Made by a program: the position numbers and the translations under genes. From contig BCKQ01000001.1 in NCBI GenBank assembly GCA_001600695.1, forward strand, positions 847,014 to 911,013: a DNA stretch of 64,000 nt. The letters are read 5' to 3'. Below the pieces are notes generated by a model, which ran no database searches, was not told the origin of the DNA, and saw nothing but the letters and a program-made list of their open reading frames with translations. Within the stretch, counting starts at the first letter, position 1. The number at the start of each line of letters is the position of its first letter. Shown piece after piece: positions 59,957-64,000 of this stretch. The stretch is from Ascoidea asiatica JCM 7603. Taxonomy: Eukaryota > Fungi > Ascomycota.

Positions 59957-61192
59957 TTAAGCTTTAAGAGAAGATGCACGTCTCTTTCTAACTTCTGCTT
60001 TAACAGATTTACGTTCATGTAATCTTTTAGCTAATAATTCAGCATATTCAGCAGCTGCATCACGTTGAGCCTGAGCATTTTTAATTTTAAGAGCTTTTAA
60101 ATGACGTTTTCTTTGTAAAACTTGTGGAGTAACTAAACGTTGAATTTTTGGAGCTTTAGTATATTTTCTACCATTTTTACCTTCAACTTCTCTTCTAATA
60201 ACATATTTTCTAACATCATCTTCTTTGGCTAAACCAAATAATTTTCTAATATTATTTGCACGTTTTGGACCTAATCTTTTAGCAACAGTAGTATCAGTAA
60301 GACCAGCAATATCCTTTTCACCTTGTTTAACAACAACTAATGATAAGACAGCTAAATCTGAACCAACAATACAACCTCTGACTGATTTTCTTTTACGTTC
60401 ACCAACACGACGAGTACGGTAACAAGAATGTCCTTCAGCTAATAATAAACGAACACGAGTTGGATGCATAACACCTTGTTTCATTGGGAAACCTTGTTTA
60501 TCATTACCACCGGTAATTTTAAGAATATAACCTTTGAATTCATCTCCAAGAGCATCACCTTCAACTTCTTGGCCCATACGTTTATCGTAGAAAATACGAA
60601 GACGATGTTCATCATCGATTTCAATACATTTTTGAGTACCGTTTGGTGGATATGAAAAATTGAGCTAAATTGAAATAAAAAGTTAGTAAATTGAATTTAA
60701 AATATTTGATACTACAATAAGAAATTTTAATAATTCCAATTTAATCTAAACAAATTGTTATAAAATGATACACCTCTAGTTATAATAAGTTCAAATACCT
60801 TTTTCATGATTCTACGAATGAAATTAAATCATTTAGTTGAAATATATTATTGTTTCTACTTTTGTTCTTTTGATAAGTATTCCTGAAATTGTATGTTTTT
60901 TTAAATTGATAAAAGTGAAATAACCTTATATTCCATTTAGTAATCAATATTAATTCTTTCTTGAACCTGATCAAATAAGTTGGATATTATATTATTAATT
61001 GCTCTCGATTTGAAATTTCCATTATAAAGTTTTATATCTATTATTAATACGTATTATATTGTTTTCAGCAAAGTTTTAATGATTTTCATTTTTTATATTC
61101 TTTTCTTATTAATGATAATAACATAATGTTTACAAGTCCTAGATTTGAATTTGAATTGGATGATTGAATTCCGACAGTCAACATACCTTCAT
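59957..61192 (-). CDS. RPS6: 40S ribosomal protein S6 (eS6); exon 1 is 61187-61192 (MK), exon 2 is 59957-60664, 237 aa
   Basis: Intron 60665-61186 GTATGT...TACTAAC...TAG. Product [36 protein letters not shown]...[10 protein letters not shown]. Confidence 0.97.
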
Positions 61193-61450
61193 TTTTTAAA
61201 TCTTCTATATTATATCTCCTACTACAACTCTGGTGATTTTGGTTCTTTAGAAATATTGGTATTTTTTATATATATCTAATAGAGCCTTTTTTGAATATTC
61301 AATCACCACCACTTCAAGAAAGGTGTAAGCATGAAAAACCAAAAGACCTTGCACACCGGCATTACCTAAGTGCTTAGTCAGATTGCTGAAACTTTGAAAA
61401 TCTAAAAAAACTCTTTTTGCCCGTGCTTTAAAATCAATTGCTCCTGTTGT

Positions 61451-61521
61451 CGTGACTGCGAAACAATTAGACAGTAGTAGCCCTACATGAATTCACGTGC
61501 CATATCAACACATAGGGCTAC
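61451..61521. promoter_or_regulatory. RPS6 promoter module: Homol-D-like CGTGACTG, inverted Tbf1/IFHL-type sites GTAGCCCTA/TAGGGCTAC flanking a Cbf1 box TCACGTG
   Basis: Motifs at 61451-61458, 61477-61485, 61493-61499 and 61513-61521. Confidence 0.7.
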
Positions 61522-61807
61522 ATAAATGCTTTAAACTTTTTTGGCTGCAATAGGACGCAACTCATAAAGTTAATATTTAGAGTAGTGCTAACGCTAATTT
61601 ATGGAAGAATTTAACTGAAAAGCTAAATAATAAGAACTTTTCGTATATCGTATTTAGAAACCAAAAAATAAAAACATCAATTTAATAATACAAATAGGAA
61701 AATATATAAAATATAAACAACAATAAAAAAAAACTAACAAAAAATGAGACTTAGCAAAATAAAAATAACTTAAAAAATTGACCATAAGTGATAAAAAAAA
61801 GAAATGA

Positions 61808-64000
61808 CTAAAATGTTATTGTATTTAAACGTCTGTCAATTGCACCTATCTCTTCTTTAATACAGGCTTCCTCAACTGTCTTTACAAGTTCTTTTGTACA
61901 TTTAGCTATATCAAAAGATATCCCGGCAAGTCTTTGTTTGAAATGTTTTTGAGCATAGTTGAAATCTGTTTCTTCTGTTTCTCGATCACAAAGCATATCT
62001 AATCTCTTAACACAGTCAGATAAATTTTGAATTACCCATCTACCATGCTCTCGAAGTTGGGAATTTCTGGATTGAGCCATTGAGACACTAGTTGCATCAT
62101 ACATTTGATTTACAACCCTACTAATTGCCTTTGCACTGATTTTTAATTCTCCAGTTGTAGAATCTGGAATTTTTATTGAGGATAATAGAGTTTGAATTGT
62201 TGAAATAACTTCAATTGTCTGATGTTCCAAATATAATAACAATTGAGCTAAAGTATTATCTGGATTTTCAATATCAAATGTATCAATATTAAATTCTTCA
62301 GATTTTTTGTCCAAGTCATTTCGCAGTGGCGGTAAAGGAGAAGGCTCCGTAGACAGACCAGCACTTGTAGGAGTAGGTGGAACAACAATTGGAGAAGGAA
62401 TGATATTATTTTTCTTTTTATCATCAGAAAAAGATTGATTAGGAATTCCTAAAGATGACCCTGGAAATTTTTGCTCGACATTCAAATGAGAAAAAGGTTT
62501 ATCTAGATTATCATCCGAAGTATTATTACTTTTTGTAAACAGACTTTCATCTTCAATCGGAGAAACTTTCACAGTAGAAGTACTCACTTTAGAAGGACTT
62601 ACTGTAGAAGAGATATTATACAAAGGTTCATCCACAACTTTATTTCCTATTGAAGAGACTCTTATATCTGTGGTATTAGGTTTATACTCTCTTGTAGTTA
62701 CATTTTCTACCTGGGTATAATTAGTATTTATCAGAGTATGAGACCGATCAATTGAAAAATTCGGAGTTACAGAATCTTCATTGATATTTTTATCATATTG
62801 AATTGTAACATCTTCATCATATTCCACTCCATGAGGATTTTTTAGTAATTGAGGTTGATTACTTGAAAATCCTTTATTAACTAAATCTTCTTGGTAGCCT
62901 CGGTTATAGACCTCCACATCGGAAGTCTCCAGAGACTCCAAATTTATAACCTGATCACCTTCATTTGAACCGAATTTGCTGTTTTTTTGAAAATTCCTCA
63001 TTCCAGCATTCTTTGAAAATTTAGCAGAAACCTGTCTCACTGCTTGACCGTCAACAATAGAAAAATCGCTTTCATAGTCTGAATCAAAATCACTATCTAA
63101 GGTTGCAGAATCATTATCAGGTGAATCATGAAAATCTCTTTTACTAGCATCATGAGTTTCACTTTCATTTGATATGTCATTGAGAGGGACTGAAGATTTA
63201 ATGTTTGAATATTCATGTATATTTTCGTTGGCTTTTTCAGTAAATAGTGATAAATTTGGAATTTTTTCGCTATATTGTGATAAAATTGGAGTTTTTTCTA
63301 CATACTCTGATAAATTTGGAGTTTCTTCGATATACTGTGATAAATCGGGAGTTTCTTCAGACGAATAAACTGTCTTTTGAACTGATGTGTCAGCTGGTTC
63401 TAAATCCTTATTAAAGCTGGTTAAAGTTGCAGTATGAAAGGAGGCTTCACTGTTTTGTGCTTCCGAGTATATTGAAGCTCCAGTATAGGTAGGATTTATG
63501 GAATAAAATGACTCTTCAGAATTGTCATTTTGTAAGAATGATATTCTTGGCTGAACATTGCTAGGGTCTGATAGAATTGAGAGACTTTTGAAATCGCCCT
63601 CTGATTCTATTTTTGGAATTTTAATTGCCAACTTATTATTTTGAAAATGTTTCATTTCATCATTATTGTTATTTGATTTGACTGAATTAGAGTTCAGATT
63701 ATTTATGATAGTGGACTCCTTTGGGTCTTTAGTGAACTGGGAATCAATGAAAGCATGCGTCTCAGTATTTATTGGCTTATTGTAATGAGACGAATGAGTA
63801 TCATTCTCCTTATTATTTGTAGTAATAAAATAGTTGTTCCCTTTAATATGTGAATGATTATCATGATTGATAATATTATCATTGTTGACGTTCTTATTAG
63901 CATTAGTGTCATTATCAATATTGTTATTATCATTATTGAACATATTATGATCAATATCATTTAAAGGAATATCAACATTATTGTGATTATTTTTATCATT
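61808..64000 (-). CDS. SPA2: Polarisome scaffold Spa2, C-terminal part (5'-partial)
   Basis: SHD-V/GIT_C domain: LLLYLEHQT..VISTIQ.LL..IK...LREHG.W....L....KQRLAGISFDIAKCTKELVK. Frame stays open to the window edge. Confidence 0.9.
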   Translation of the reverse strand, partial: NDKNNHNNVDIPLNDIDHNMFNNDNNNIDNDTNANKNVNNDNIINHDNHSHIKGNNYFITTNNKENDTHSSHYNKPINTETHAFIDSQFTKDPKESTIINNLNSNSVKSNNNNDEMKHFQNNKLAIKIPKIESEGDFKSLSILSDPSNVQPRISFLQNDNSEESFYSINPTYTGASIYSEAQNSEASFHTATLTSFNKDLEPADTSVQKTVYSSEETPDLSQYIEETPNLSEYVEKTPILSQYSEKIPNLSLFTEKANENIHEYSNIKSSVPLNDISNESETHDASKRDFHDSPDNDSATLDSDFDSDYESDFSIVDGQAVRQVSAKFSKNAGMRNFQKNSKFGSNEGDQVINLESLETSDVEVYNRGYQEDLVNKGFSSNQPQLLKNPHGVEYDEDVTIQYDKNINEDSVTPNFSIDRSHTLINTNYTQVENVTTREYKPNTTDIRVSSIGNKVVDEPLYNISSTVSPSKVSTSTVKVSPIEDESLFTKSNNTSDDNLDKPFSHLNVEQKFPGSSLGIPNQSFSDDKKKNNIIPSPIVVPPTPTSAGLSTEPSPLPPLRNDLDKKSEEFNIDTFDIENPDNTLAQLLLYLEHQTIEVISTIQTLLSSIKIPDSTTGELKISAKAISRVVNQMYDATSVSMAQSRNSQLREHGRWVIQNLSDCVKRLDMLCDRETEETDFNYAQKHFKQRLAGISFDIAKCTKELVKTVEEACIKEEIGAIDRRLNTITF
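63239..63358 (-). repeat. Four 30-bp (10-aa) coding repeats in Spa2
   Basis: EETPDLSQYI/EETPNLSEYV/EKTPILSQYS/EKIPNLSLFT. Confidence 0.85.

Noticed and set aside
60665-61186. Intronic snoRNA in the 522-nt RPS6 intron
   Set aside because: No C/D or H/ACA pattern visible; long introns are normal for yeast ribosomal protein genes.

Overview
A gene-dense, very AT-rich window from a budding yeast (Saccharomycotina) chromosome. It holds about 33 protein-coding genes and one tRNA-Glu(UUC). The gene content includes a complex I subunit and a PRKRIP1 homologue. In-frame CTG codons fall at positions where homologues carry Ser/Thr/polar residues, suggesting a CUG-Ser yeast (possibly Ascoideales; inference). 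Recognisable genes: SPT6 (partial), TED1, COG4, RAD10, RSC9, an FAA2-like acyl-CoA ligase, a WBP2-like protein, a UFO1-like F-box, ATG16, LIA1, an ARG81-like factor, NIT2, ERT1, ARC1, RIB1, NUEM, a KTR/KRE2 family member, RAD53, SEC5, PEF1, COA4, DUF3445, NEP1, GLR1, RPS6 and SPA2 (partial). Four spliced genes are absent from the ORF track (FMP46-like, MLC1, YSY6/RAMP4, ECM19-like) and RPS6 is truncated there; all five were rebuilt by hand. The most striking unexplained feature is an array at 9542-9731 of seven quasi-palindromes, GAGACCA-N6-TGGTACTC, at an exact 28-bp pitch with variable loops and linkers. Single copies of the same CCA-N6-YGG element recur in at least six other promoters in the window, several next to mitochondrial or respiratory genes, pointing to an unrecognised cis-regulatory system. 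A domesticated Mutator-transposase-derived (FAR1/Aft-like) DNA-binding protein is also encoded here. All motif scanning was done by eye.
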